Assembly (NCBI GenBank): GCA_002730875.1 | Contig: PCBI01000005.1 | Coordinates: 901,191 to 965,190 of the forward strand | DNA length: 64,000 nucleotides | Reading direction: 5' to 3' | From: Spirochaetaceae bacterium | Lineage (GTDB): Bacteria; Spirochaetota; Leptospiria; Leptospirales; Leptonemataceae | Shown here: positions 1 to 10,003 of the stretch, piece after piece | Position numbering within the stretch: the stretch's first letter is position 1 | Layout of the letters: every line of letters begins with the position of its first letter | Notes under the pieces: generated by a model | Databases searched by the model: none | Told to the model about the DNA's origin: nothing | What the model saw: only the letters and a program-made list of their open reading frames with translations | Program-made: the position numbers and the translations under genes

Positions 1-1290
1 TTCTGTATGCCGCACGTGCCGGATCGAGTGAGTATAAAAGCTCGCTGGCCGGGCTTCCAGCGCCGGAAGCCGTCCCGGGTGGCTTTTGCCTCGTAGTTTC
101 CATAGAGATTCCGGAATTGTAGATGGGATCCAGATTGATGGCGCACGGGAAGGTCTAGAGGCTCCGTAGTCTTGCCTATCTGTAGAACAGGCTCGTTCAT
201 ATCGTTCCAGATACCGGAGACGCCAGCATCGAACAAAGTCTTATGGTGACTGGCCCACCAGATGCGTGTCTTTTCCTCAATGAAGTCCGGAAACACGGTG
301 GGGCCGGGCCATACCTTGCCCAGGAAATTGTTGTCGGAGTCCTTTTCTTTGCAGTAAAGGTCTTGCTTTAGTCCATCCTGATAGACCGAGTAATCATCTC
401 CTGTGTACACTCCGGGATCCACAATGGCCACCGTGCGAATCCCCTTTTCTTCCAGTTCGCGATGCAGCCCTTCCGGATCCGGAAATCTCTTCTGATTCCA
501 GGTGAATACCCGATATCGGTCCATATAATGGATATCCAGGTGAATAGCGTCGCAGGGCAGATCCCTTCCTCGAAAGCCTTCGGCAATTTCTCGAACCTTA
601 TCGGCCGTTTTGTAGGACCATCTGGATTGATGAAAACCCATGGACCAAAGCGGAGGGTGAATCGGCCGACCGGTGAGCGCCGTGTAGGCATCCAGGATAT
701 CCTTCAAACCGCCAACAAAGCAGAACAGATCCACAGGTAGCGGGCCTTCCGGCCGGTAGTTCTGAACGATGATCGAAGCTCCTTCCTCGCTTGATGGATC
801 GCTTATCGTGGTTACATTCTGCGGATACGAAGTATGAAGATATAAAGCCCGAAAACGGTGGCCTTTTCTGAGCAGAAAGAAAGGGAAGGAAGAGTAGGTC
901 TGGCCCGGCAGTGAATAGAACTGAGTGTCCATGGTTCGGAGCAGGAATTCCTGATCCATTCGGTTTGGTTCGCCACTGGCCGCGCCAAGGCCGTAGAGCA
1001 TTTCATCGCGTTCGAGAACTATCCTTATTCTATCAAGGGGGTACTCGGCCATCCGAAACTGGCCGGATAAGACCTCATCGGCGCCCGCATCCAGACGAAA
1101 AATGCCGGTGGGTGGGTCATAGGCGAAGCGGAAATCCTTCTTCTTGGAGACTGCCTTTCCTTCCGCATCTCGATGCACCGGAATGGTCTGGTATCCTTCC
1201 GTGGTCAGCTCCGGATCTGCGGGGATATCGATGGCCGGTTCGGGAAAGATACAGAACCGGAACGCATTATTCCCGGCTATTTGTGTCATA
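1..1290 (-). CDS. Glycoside hydrolase family 31 alpha-glucosidase, N-terminal part; gene runs off the window start
   Basis: Not in the ORF track because it hits the window edge. Reverse-strand translation from ATG at 1288-1290 gives MTQIAGNNAF... with GH31 blocks 'DIHYMDRYRVFTWN' and 'GIWNDMNEP' (WxDMNE nucleophile region) and 'RAFILTRSG'. Confidence 0.7.
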
Positions 1291-1406
1291 ACGCTATGAG
1301 TGTTGCGCTGCTGGATTTCGGGCATAGGTGATCCGTCGGAAAAAAACTTTTCCTTAGCTTGGTCTGTCATAGGTTCGGCAGACGTACAGATTATCGGATC
1401 GGAAAT

Positions 1407-2435
1407 ATGGAAAAAGAAACACCTGTGTACCGCAAATGGAAGCTATACGCCGCTCTGGCCGGATTACTGGTTCTGGGCTACGTACTGCTGCCAGGACAAA
1501 GCTACGAGTATCATAGCAGTCTCACCGAAGAACAGAAAGGCAACTTCGATGTCTTCCTGCAATCCAGGCTGCAAGAGGGCTCAGAAAAGGGGGCCCGCCC
1601 CGGAAATGAGGAGAAGCTCATTCGATATGGCGAAAAGACTCCTATCGCCTTTCTCTATATCCATGGGTTCGGAGCTTCCCGAGCTGAAGGGGAAATGGTA
1701 ATGGATGAGATCGCTGCCAAATTCCAGGCGAATACCTTCTATGCCCGCTTGCCCGGTCATGGGACGAACATGGATGACCATGCTTCCGTTCAGATGGCCG
1801 ATTACCTGGATTATGCTGCCGACACACTGATTATGATGCATGAATTGGGCGAACGGGTCATCGTTGTGGGTACCAGCATGGGCGGTCTGGTCTCTACCTA
1901 CCTGGCAGCCCATCATCCGGACAAAGTGGATGCGTTAATCCTGGCATCCCCTTTTTACGAGTTCCGGGACAAGACCGGTAATGTACTGGGATTTCCCGGC
2001 GGATTGGCTCTGGCCGAAATGGTAAACGGCGGGGAGATTCGAGACTCCTCCCGGGATCCGAAAAACCCCCGTTCGGTGGACGGTTACGAGGAGTTCTGGT
2101 ATGGAAGGCAGTACATGTCGGCCCTTGTCCCGCTCTACGAACTCAAGGAATTTGTAGCCCGTCCGGCAACTTTTGAGGCTGTGCAATGCCCGACGTTAAT
2201 GCTATACTACTACAAGAACGAACAGGAGCAGGACCCTACCGCTGACGTGAATGCAATGCTGGAGGGATTTGCCCAATTCGATGCTCATCCGTTGAATCGT
2301 TCGGTTGCCATTGAAGATGGAGCCCATGTGCTTCTGAGCAAATATGTAAGAACCGATAAAGAAAGAATTACTGAAGAGATTGTGAGCTTTGTAAACGATT
2401 ATCAGGAGTTTTCCAACAAAGCGAAGCAGAACTAA
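1407..2435 (+). CDS. Alpha/beta hydrolase fold esterase/lipase-like protein
   Basis: ORF 1359..2435, probable start MEKETPVY at 1407. N-terminal TM/signal segment, 'IHGFGAS' and nucleophile elbow 'GTSMGG' (GxSxG). Confidence 0.75.
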   Translation: MEKETPVYRKWKLYAALAGLLVLGYVLLPGQSYEYHSSLTEEQKGNFDVFLQSRLQEGSEKGARPGNEEKLIRYGEKTPIAFLYIHGFGASRAEGEMVMDEIAAKFQANTFYARLPGHGTNMDDHASVQMADYLDYAADTLIMMHELGERVIVVGTSMGGLVSTYLAAHHPDKVDALILASPFYEFRDKTGNVLGFPGGLALAEMVNGGEIRDSSRDPKNPRSVDGYEEFWYGRQYMSALVPLYELKEFVARPATFEAVQCPTLMLYYYKNEQEQDPTADVNAMLEGFAQFDAHPLNRSVAIEDGAHVLLSKYVRTDKERITEEIVSFVNDYQEFSNKAKQN

Positions 2436-2437
2436 CC

Positions 2438-2785
2438 TTGGAAATGCACGCCTACATACTTGTCATTACGGACGATGACGGACTCCGCAACGTGGTTCGC
2501 GGAGTATTGGAAGATGAAGGCCATGTCTTTGATATGGCCGACTCTTCGGCTCCCATCGGGCCCGATTACTGTCTGGTAATTGCCGGTCCGGATATCGAAG
2601 GCTGCGTGATGGAAGAAAAACTGAGCGCGGTGCCGGGTATCCCACCGCGGATGCTCTATCTGCGGTACCAGCATGAGCCTTTTAAGGGCCGTTGCGCCAA
2701 ATGCCAGACCCTGACTCTGCCTATGGACATGCTCCGCATTCGAGATTTTATCAAAGACATGATGCGCGTCGAATTTGCCGATTGA
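2438..2785 (+). CDS. Small hypothetical protein with degenerate CheY-like receiver features
   Basis: TTG start 3 nt after the upstream stop; 'ILVITDDDGLRNVVRGVLEDEGHVF' resembles receiver beta1-alpha1 but the remaining motifs are degenerate. Competes with antisense ORF 2432..2998. Confidence 0.35.
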   Translation: MEMHAYILVITDDDGLRNVVRGVLEDEGHVFDMADSSAPIGPDYCLVIAGPDIEGCVMEEKLSAVPGIPPRMLYLRYQHEPFKGRCAKCQTLTLPMDMLRIRDFIKDMMRVEFAD

Positions 2786-3126
2786 ACTTGCCAAATGAAC
2801 TGGCGGGAAAGCCCGGATGACCTTTTTTCCATCGTAGCCCAACCACAGGTCGCAAAAGGGTTCGCCAATACCTACCTCCAAACAACCTGCACTGTATAAG
2901 AGCGTCTCCTGATTGGTCCCATCGGAATAGATGGAGTCAGGGAATGAGTCCAGGCCCCTACAGCTAAAGGATTCCGGGGTCCAGGCCTGATCCTCCATTG
3001 GTTGCGCTTGACCGGGTTTTCCTTTCTATGTTCCCTGGATCTCTTCCTGTGAAATGCCGGAGCCTGCCATTGTTGCCCATGATACAGGACGGCTTTTCCG
3101 GACGGCATCCGAAGTGGAGTTTCCCA

Positions 3127-3588
3127 ATGAACGAAAGCGAAATGCTGCACATTGCAATCGAAGAGGCGCGAAAGGGTCTCGAAGAAGGTGGAGTGCCCGT
3201 GGGAGCGGCGCTCTTTGACTCCTCCGGCAAATTGCTGGGTAAAGGCCACAATCAAAGAGTGCAAAAGGACGACCCTTCGGTGCATGGGGAAACGGATGCA
3301 TTTCGAAACGCTGGCCGGCAGAGAACTTACAAAGATAAGATCATGGTCACTACCCTTGCTCCCTGCTGGTATTGTAGCGGCCTAATTCGCCAGTTCCAGA
3401 TTGGAACGGTCATTGTCGGCGAGTCCCAGAACTTCTCCGGCGGTATAGATTGGCTCCGTGAAGCTGGCGTGAAAGTCGTAGACATGAACTCCCAGGAATG
3501 CATAGAGTTGATGAAAGGCTTTATAGAGTCCAATCCCGCCATATGGAACGAAGATATTGGCGAAGACATCGGAGAAGACGTTGACTGA
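3127..3588 (+). CDS. CMP/dCMP-type zinc deaminase, yeast Fcy1-like cytosine deaminase
   Basis: 'HGETDA' (H[AC]E zinc motif), 'PCWYCSG' (PCxxC), and C-terminus 'FIESNPAIWNEDIGE' closely resembling the Fcy1 C-terminus 'FIDERPQDWFEDIGE'. ATG at 3127 within ORF 2998..3588. Confidence 0.75.
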   Translation: MNESEMLHIAIEEARKGLEEGGVPVGAALFDSSGKLLGKGHNQRVQKDDPSVHGETDAFRNAGRQRTYKDKIMVTTLAPCWYCSGLIRQFQIGTVIVGESQNFSGGIDWLREAGVKVVDMNSQECIELMKGFIESNPAIWNEDIGEDIGEDVD

Positions 3589-5539
3589 TTTTCTCTATTC
3601 TCCTCGCTTCCGGCTCCAACCCGGAATTCGGGGAAACCAGTGGAGCGCGCCGGCAAAGACCCATAGAAGTTCGTTCCGTTCCAGGCTTCTGACTTTCGCC
3701 TATTCATTCGTCCTTTTCGGCGGATTGCTGATCGGGACAACTGCTCTTGTGGCGAAGCCGAATCCCCTGGAGCAACCTCTATCCGGTCCGGAAGCGGAAC
3801 AAAGCCAGAATAAAGATACAATCCTGCAGGACCAGGGTCAGACGCCCGCTCTGGCTCTGGATTCGGTGCGCCTGCAGCTTAAGTGGAAGCATCAGTTTCA
3901 ATTTGCGGGTTACTACGCTGCCGTGGAAAAGGGGTTCTACCGGGAAGCTGGCCTGGATGTGCAGATTCTGGAAGCCCGGGAAGGCCAGGATACCATCGAA
4001 CGCGTACTGGACGGACATGCGGAATTCGGAGTAGGAACTACGGACCTGGTGCTTCTTCATCAAAAAGGGGAACCGGTGGTAGTGTTGGCTGTGATCTTTC
4101 AGCATTCGCCTTTGTCTTTGCTTCTGCGAAAGGACTCCGGCATTCAGACCCTTCATGGCCTGGAAGGGAAGCGAGTCATGATCGAGCCCCATTCCGCAGA
4201 ACTCTTTGCGTATCTGAATCGCGAAGGTGTTTCTCTGCATAAGTTAATACAGCCTCCCCATACCTTCAGTACCTCCGCCCTTGTTGAAGGCGAGGCGGAT
4301 GCGATGTCGGTGTACATCACCGACGAGCCTTATGCGTTGCGAAGACAGAATGTACCCTATTTGCTTTTTTCTCCCAGAGCGGCGGGCATTGATTTCTACG
4401 GAGATAACATGTTCACCACCGAGGCGCAAATTCATGATCATCCAGAAAGGGTTCGCCGCTTTCGAGAGGCCAGTCTTCGCGGGTGGCGCTATGCGATGCA
4501 GAACAAAGAAGAGATTGTGCAACTGATATACAATAAGTATAGCAAGCGACACACTCTGGATCATCTTCGCTTTGAAGCCCGCCAGATGGACTTACTCATG
4601 CCGGACATTGTAGAAATCGGTCACATGTATCCGGGTCGATGGGAACACATTGCCAGCGTATACTCTGAATTGAATATGATGCGTCCGGACTACGACCTGG
4701 ACGGCTTCATGTACGATCCGAATCCGGCGCCAGATCTGACATTTCTCTATATTGCGCTGGGCGTGACCTTTCTGGTTGCTGCGGCCGTTTCGGTCGTGGC
4801 CCTTATGATTCATCGACTCAACCTGGAGTTACGAAAGAGCGAGAATCTGCGGGTTGAGGCTGAGCGAATTATTCAGCATGACTTGAAGAGCCCTCTGGGC
4901 GTTATTCTGGGCTACACGGAAATGCTCATGGCAGAAGGGGGGGACTCTGCGAATGCCGATGTATATCGTCGGATCAACCGTTCCGCCGCACAAATGCTGG
5001 AAATGGTGAATCGTTCCCTGGATATTTCTGCCATGGAGTCCGGGAGCCATGCGCTGTCCCGAAATCCGGTGGATCTAAATCAGCTGCTCCAGGAAGTGCT
5101 GGCCGGATTTGCTCGAATGGCCAGAAGTAAAGAACTGACTCTATCAGCCTATTATCGCGATGCATTACTGGAAAAATCGCCGCCCTGTATGGTGTCGGGG
5201 GATGAACTCTACATAAAGACCATGCTGGAGAATCTAATCAAGAATGCGATTGAGGCGGCGCCGGAAGATAGCGTCGTATCGGTTTCCATTGGCAATGGAT
5301 CCGGAAACCCTCGGGAAACCACTGCTTCTACTACTATTGCGATTCACAATCAGGGCGTAATACCGGAATCGGTGCGAGGCACCTTTTTTGAACGCTATTC
5401 CCGAGGACCGGGCTCTGGAGGCGCCGGCCTGGGCACGTATAGCGCTCGGCTCATTGCCAGAGCCCATGGCGGCGATATTACGTTTACTACCGATGAAGCC
5501 AAAGGCACCGAGATCACGGTAACGTTGCCCGGTACCTAA
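3557..5539 (+). CDS. Sensor histidine kinase with periplasmic NMT1/THI5/SsuA-like substrate-binding domain
   Basis: TM segment, SBP-like domain ('QLKWKHQFQFAGYYAAVEKGFY...'), second TM, H-box 'HDLKSPLGVILGYTEML', HATPase N/G boxes ('NLIKNAIEA', 'GAGLGTYSARLIA'). The start may lie downstream of 3557. Confidence 0.8.
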   Translation: MAKTSEKTLTDFLYSPRFRLQPGIRGNQWSAPAKTHRSSFRSRLLTFAYSFVLFGGLLIGTTALVAKPNPLEQPLSGPEAEQSQNKDTILQDQGQTPALALDSVRLQLKWKHQFQFAGYYAAVEKGFYREAGLDVQILEAREGQDTIERVLDGHAEFGVGTTDLVLLHQKGEPVVVLAVIFQHSPLSLLLRKDSGIQTLHGLEGKRVMIEPHSAELFAYLNREGVSLHKLIQPPHTFSTSALVEGEADAMSVYITDEPYALRRQNVPYLLFSPRAAGIDFYGDNMFTTEAQIHDHPERVRRFREASLRGWRYAMQNKEEIVQLIYNKYSKRHTLDHLRFEARQMDLLMPDIVEIGHMYPGRWEHIASVYSELNMMRPDYDLDGFMYDPNPAPDLTFLYIALGVTFLVAAAVSVVALMIHRLNLELRKSENLRVEAERIIQHDLKSPLGVILGYTEMLMAEGGDSANADVYRRINRSAAQMLEMVNRSLDISAMESGSHALSRNPVDLNQLLQEVLAGFARMARSKELTLSAYYRDALLEKSPPCMVSGDELYIKTMLENLIKNAIEAAPEDSVVSVSIGNGSGNPRETTASTTIAIHNQGVIPESVRGTFFERYSRGPGSGGAGLGTYSARLIARAHGGDITFTTDEAKGTEITVTLPGT

Positions 5540-5667
5540 CATTTGGATTATCAACCAGGTTGCGAAACCATGCGCCGGGGCCAAAGAGCATTGCCGGCTA
5601 CGGTCAAGCGAGCGCGTCATATTCTTGCAGGAATACCAACCTGACCCCAACCCCTTCAGGACCCCTG

Positions 5668-7182
5668 TCAGTAGCCGTAAAGCTTCATACTCCAGGATGT
5701 GAATGTACCGTTGGCTGTACCGCGTACTCCTTGATCTCTCAGACGCAATGACCAGGTGCCATCCGCCGACTCACCCATGGTACGCAGCACACCAAATCGC
5801 CAGGTTCCGGTAAAGGGGCAGTTTCCGTTGGCTTCAATCGTCGGTGAGGCTACGGCAATATTAACGCAGATTCCGTCACTGCCCCTGGATAGAAGGATAC
5901 TTTGCGTCCCGGACGGAGACGTAAGAGTGATATCCAGATCGCGATAGTAGTTGTGACTGAAGGTAACGTTGACGTCTACGGACTCAATTGTGCTTATCCC
6001 GCTACCGCTCACCACAATGCTGTTTGTTACTCCGGTAGCGTTGCCGTCGGTAACGGTTGCACTCACTGTACTCGTAGAAGTCTGGAATGTCTTTTGTGTC
6101 GCCAGGCTGATCCAGTTCCGCGCCAGGTTTACTGCTGCGTTAGCATCTACCACGCCAAAGCCATATTTATGGTTGATGTTCAGTCCCGCCCCGTTGGTGG
6201 TCCAGTCCGAGTCCCCAGAGTTGTTCTTGCGCGCCGTACGTGCCAGGATCATGCGAACATCGCGCCAGGAAAGGTTGGGGTTGGCATAGAGCATCATCGC
6301 CGTTACTCCTGCTACTTCAGCGACGGCTGTGCCGGTGCCCGTGGCCAGCTTCGTATAATTCGAATCGCTATAGTCCGAGCCGGAACTGCCGTTGTTGTAG
6401 CCGCCGGCGCCCGTCGTATCGGTGGTGCGGATTCCAATATCTCCATTTCCTTTTGAGTGACCGCAAACTAGCAGGTTGGCGCCCTGTTCGGAAAATGATG
6501 CGCGGACTCCGTCGTGGCCCACCCCGCAGATGGCCATTACGCCGTGATAATTTGTATATCCATTGAGGTTGGAATTGTCTATACCCGAGAATGACGAAAC
6601 TGTATCGCCGTCGCCGGAACCAAAGAAGTAGAGCGCGCCCAGGCCGTTTCTGCCCAGGGATAGTCCGCTATCTATGGCGCTTCTCCATTCGCTGGTTGAG
6701 TCCTGGAACTTCCCGCTGAATTCAGGCTCCGACCATCCGTTGGCATAGACGGAAACTTCGGACAGGCCTCTTATCATCGCATCTGCGTCATTGGTCGTGC
6801 TTCTGTTCTGCGAAACGTTGAAGCCTCGCAATTTTGCATAGGGAGAAACACCGCGTCCCCCTTTGTTGTTTGGCTCCGCTGCAATGATGCCGGCCATGGC
6901 CGTGCCCAGTCCGGTACCGGCCGTTCCTGGATCGGTTCCTCCATTCGAATAATTATGGCTTTTGCCCCTTTCTACGTTATTCGCCAGGTCCTCATGGTCT
7001 ATGTCCAGGCCGTCGCTCACAATGGCAATGGATACTCCGGTGCCGCAGTTACCGGTATTCCAGAGATTACTGACGTTTGCATCTTCGCCGGAGGTGCCGC
7101 TGGTTTGCCCCGTATTCTCCAGGTGCCATTGATCAGAAAACAGGGAATCCGAGTTAGTGGAGCAGTTTGCTTGATTGAGCAA
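5668..7182 (-). CDS. Kexin/furin-like (S8B) subtilase homolog with P-domain, predicted catalytically inactive; possible pseudogene
   Basis: Blocks align to Kex2/furin: 'AIVSDGLD' vs 'AIVDDGLD', 'LGTAMAGIIAAEPNN' vs 'HGTRCAGEVAAVANN', 'GTGTAVAEVAGV..NPNLSWRDV' vs 'GTSASAPLAAGI..NKNLTWRDM'; P-domain 'DLDITLTSPSGTQSILL..WSLRL'. TTG start immediately after an in-frame TGA; no ATG or n-region. Confidence 0.7.
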   Translation of the reverse strand: MLNQANCSTNSDSLFSDQWHLENTGQTSGTSGEDANVSNLWNTGNCGTGVSIAIVSDGLDIDHEDLANNVERGKSHNYSNGGTDPGTAGTGLGTAMAGIIAAEPNNKGGRGVSPYAKLRGFNVSQNRSTTNDADAMIRGLSEVSVYANGWSEPEFSGKFQDSTSEWRSAIDSGLSLGRNGLGALYFFGSGDGDTVSSFSGIDNSNLNGYTNYHGVMAICGVGHDGVRASFSEQGANLLVCGHSKGNGDIGIRTTDTTGAGGYNNGSSGSDYSDSNYTKLATGTGTAVAEVAGVTAMMLYANPNLSWRDVRMILARTARKNNSGDSDWTTNGAGLNINHKYGFGVVDANAAVNLARNWISLATQKTFQTSTSTVSATVTDGNATGVTNSIVVSGSGISTIESVDVNVTFSHNYYRDLDITLTSPSGTQSILLSRGSDGICVNIAVASPTIEANGNCPFTGTWRFGVLRTMGESADGTWSLRLRDQGVRGTANGTFTSWSMKLYGY

Positions 7183-7569
7183 AGCCAGGAGCAGGGGAAG
7201 GTTGTTGGTGCGACTGCTGAATCAAACAGCACGTCTAACGTACGCCCTGGGTAGTAGATTTGGATGGTCTCAAGCTTTCCCTATTGAGAAACAGTTTGGC
7301 TCATGCCGCTATCCCTCTGGTACGCCGTTCAGCCGGAATCGGAACTCGCCTGGCGCCAGGTTGCGGGGGCACAGACTTGCCTGCCCAGGAATGAACTCGT
7401 TGTCCGGTGGTTAAATCCAAGGCTACCTCCGTGCGGCCCCTCCGGGCTGGCTATCCTCTTGCGGCTTCGCTGCATCCAGGGTTGGAATCGTGGCCGGAGG
7501 GGAAGGACATCCCAAAAATCGCTGTTCCACTTGCCTTCTGAGGCCAATTTTGCATATTGAGTTCTAACG

Positions 7570-8631
7570 ATGGCTGCTACTCAGAACTTACACGTACGAT
7601 CCTTTGAAAAACTAAGACCCGCCACCGAGCTTCTGAAAGAGATTCCGGCCTCTCCGGAAATCAGCAAGCTGGTGAGCGAAAGCCGTGCCACTATCGCGCG
7701 TATCCTTTCCGGGGAAGATCCCCGATTCATGGTTATATCCGGCCCGTGTTCTATCCATGACGAAAAGGCGGCGTTCGAATACGCCGAGCGCTTCGCCGCA
7801 CTGAGCAAGGAAATCGATGATAAGATCTATCCTGTGATGCGAGTGTATTTCGAAAAACCCCGTACCACGGTGGGCTGGAAAGGACTCATCAACGATCCCC
7901 ATATGGACGGGTCTTACGACATAAACACCGGGCTGGAAAAGGCCAGACGCATTCTTTTGAAGATCCTGGAGATGGGACTTCCCACGGCCACGGAATTTCT
8001 GGACCCATTCGTTCCTCAGTACACCGGCGATCTGGTCTGTTGGGCCGCCATTGGCGCGCGCACTACCGAATCCCAGACTCACCGGGAAATGGCCAGCGGC
8101 CTTTCCATGCCCGTAGGTTTTAAGAACAATACGGATGGAAATACCCAGGTGGCCCTGGAAGCAGTGGAGTCGGCGGCCCATCCGCATAACTTCCTGGGAG
8201 TGGACGAAAACGGAGCGGTAAGCGTGGTTCGTACCACCGGAAATCCGCACTGCCACATTATCCTTCGCGGAGGCCGCAGCAAACCTAACTACGATGAAGC
8301 GAGTGTGGCCGAAGTCATGAAAGCCATGGAAAAATCTGGTTCCCGCAATCGGATCATTGTGGATTGTTCCCATGCGAATTCCGGCAAGCAGCACGGCAAG
8401 CAGGAGATTGCCCTTCAAGAGATTGTAGCTCAGCGACGCTCAGGAAACGATCAACTCGTAGGCATCATGCTGGAAAGCCATCTGTTCGAAGGAAATCAGA
8501 AGATCCCGGATGACCTGAAGGATCTGAAATACGGAGTCTCGGTCACCGATGCCTGTATTGATTTTCCCACTACCGAGCGCCTCTTGCGCGATGCGCATGC
8601 GAACTTGAGCCCCGTTGCGGCCGGGGTGTAG
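7570..8631 (+). CDS. aroG: 3-deoxy-7-phosphoheptulonate (DAHP) synthase, class I (AroF/G/H type)
   Basis: 'GPCSIHD', 'VYFEKPRTTVGWKGLINDP', 'IVDCSHANS'; 353 aa is typical class I-alpha length. Confidence 0.9.
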   Translation: MAATQNLHVRSFEKLRPATELLKEIPASPEISKLVSESRATIARILSGEDPRFMVISGPCSIHDEKAAFEYAERFAALSKEIDDKIYPVMRVYFEKPRTTVGWKGLINDPHMDGSYDINTGLEKARRILLKILEMGLPTATEFLDPFVPQYTGDLVCWAAIGARTTESQTHREMASGLSMPVGFKNNTDGNTQVALEAVESAAHPHNFLGVDENGAVSVVRTTGNPHCHIILRGGRSKPNYDEASVAEVMKAMEKSGSRNRIIVDCSHANSGKQHGKQEIALQEIVAQRRSGNDQLVGIMLESHLFEGNQKIPDDLKDLKYGVSVTDACIDFPTTERLLRDAHANLSPVAAGV

Positions 8632-8853
8632 GTTGCTTCCCCTGGGACTGTTTTGTCGTTTCGATTCCAGTAGAGGGCCGGGTGTAAAAGGCAAGGGCCC
8701 TGCCCGAAACAGGCGTACTATCTCTGTGCGTTGTGCGGGAAAAAGAGCCTGACCTGTGCGGGATAGCAAGAAACCAGGGCCCGGCAAAACTTGTTCTGAG
8801 CCTGAGTTTGACTCCAGACATGCAACAGGTTCATACAAGACCAGGTTCCTGTT

Positions 8854-9783
8854 TCAGTATTGTGTGATGTCGATGTCTGCGCAACCTACATTGCTACGAA
8901 GTATCGTATTGTTTGTGCCATTTTCGCGTACCCGGCCAATCTCCTGGTCTCCGGTGTTACAATAGTAGATATAGTCGCTGGTGGGATCCAATGCCAATCC
9001 GCGCGGACCATTTAGCCCCGCCAGGATGAGTTGATTGTTGGTTCCGTCCAGGTTGGCCGAGCGCAATTCGCCGTTGGGGAAGTCTACCCAGTACATGGTC
9101 TGTTGCGACTGTTCAATCTCCAGATCGTGGCCGGTTGTTGGGCCGCCCACCAAAAGCGTATACCCGGAACCATCCAGATTGTAACGGTGAATTTCATTGT
9201 TAGCCAGGAGATAAATCTGGTCATCTCCAGTATCAATATCCAGCCCACCGGGCGTGCCTGGTGTGACCAGGTTGCTCACGTTGTTACCTTGCAGGTCAGT
9301 CCTTTGCAGATCTCCGCTACCATTTTCTGCCAGATAGATTTCGTTTCGATCTTCGAGTACGTGCATACCCCAGTAGTCAGCCGATGGGTAGTTCTTCAGA
9401 AAGGTCACATTTCCATCGTCCGGCATTACTCTGGACAGGTCTCTTCCGTTGTTGCTGATAAACCAGAGGGTCTGGCCGGTTGAGTTGAAGCCGAGCCTCT
9501 CTACTGCGTTGGCGGTAGTGAACAGGTTCACCGGAGTTTGCTCTTCCAGGTCCATGCGGTAGAAGCCCAGATCCAGAGAATTGCCATAGTAGAGGGCGTA
9601 GTCCGGGGCAAGCAGGCTCCACAGGGTCAGGAAAGAACTCTCCGAACAGGAAGGATCCTCCGGCCTACAGGGAAGCTCGCCGCAGCTCACAAACGGAACC
9701 CAGGTGCTCAGGGTCAGGATAAGGAGCAATCTGAGACCCTTTCTTGATACTCGGCAAATGGAGATAATTCGTTTCATCAGCAA
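8854..9783 (-). CDS. YWTD/LDL-receptor class B repeat beta-propeller lipoprotein
   Basis: Signal peptide with lipobox-like 'FVSCG'; repeated 'IYLL/MYWVD/IYYCN' YWTD-type blades. Confidence 0.7.
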   Translation of the reverse strand: MLMKRIISICRVSRKGLRLLLILTLSTWVPFVSCGELPCRPEDPSCSESSFLTLWSLLAPDYALYYGNSLDLGFYRMDLEEQTPVNLFTTANAVERLGFNSTGQTLWFISNNGRDLSRVMPDDGNVTFLKNYPSADYWGMHVLEDRNEIYLAENGSGDLQRTDLQGNNVSNLVTPGTPGGLDIDTGDDQIYLLANNEIHRYNLDGSGYTLLVGGPTTGHDLEIEQSQQTMYWVDFPNGELRSANLDGTNNQLILAGLNGPRGLALDPTSDYIYYCNTGDQEIGRVRENGTNNTILRSNVGCADIDITQY

Positions 9784-10003
9784 TCCCCTTTGTGATTTTT
9801 ATTCAACGCAGATTGCCTGTCAAGTAGTCCGTCTCCTGGATCAGGCTTGGATGTAACGTCTACTCAGGATCCGGAGCCGCTTCTTTGGGAGCGAAGGCAG
9901 TCCTCGCATTTGCGAGGTGGGCAGAAGCCGCAACCTGGCTTCGCGCGCCTGGGCAGGGCCGCTTCGCGTCCGTTCTGATTGAGCGATAGTCCGATTCCCA
10001 TCT

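Noticed and set aside
2432-2998. 188-aa minus-strand ORF exactly filling the gap between two plus-strand genes
   Set aside because: It fits with zero intergenic space antisense to a plus-strand ORF that starts 3 nt after the upstream stop and shows receiver-like motifs. It is judged a high-GC antisense artefact, with low certainty.
7612-8418. 268-aa minus-strand ORF
   Set aside because: Antisense to the DAHP synthase gene, which has unambiguous motifs.
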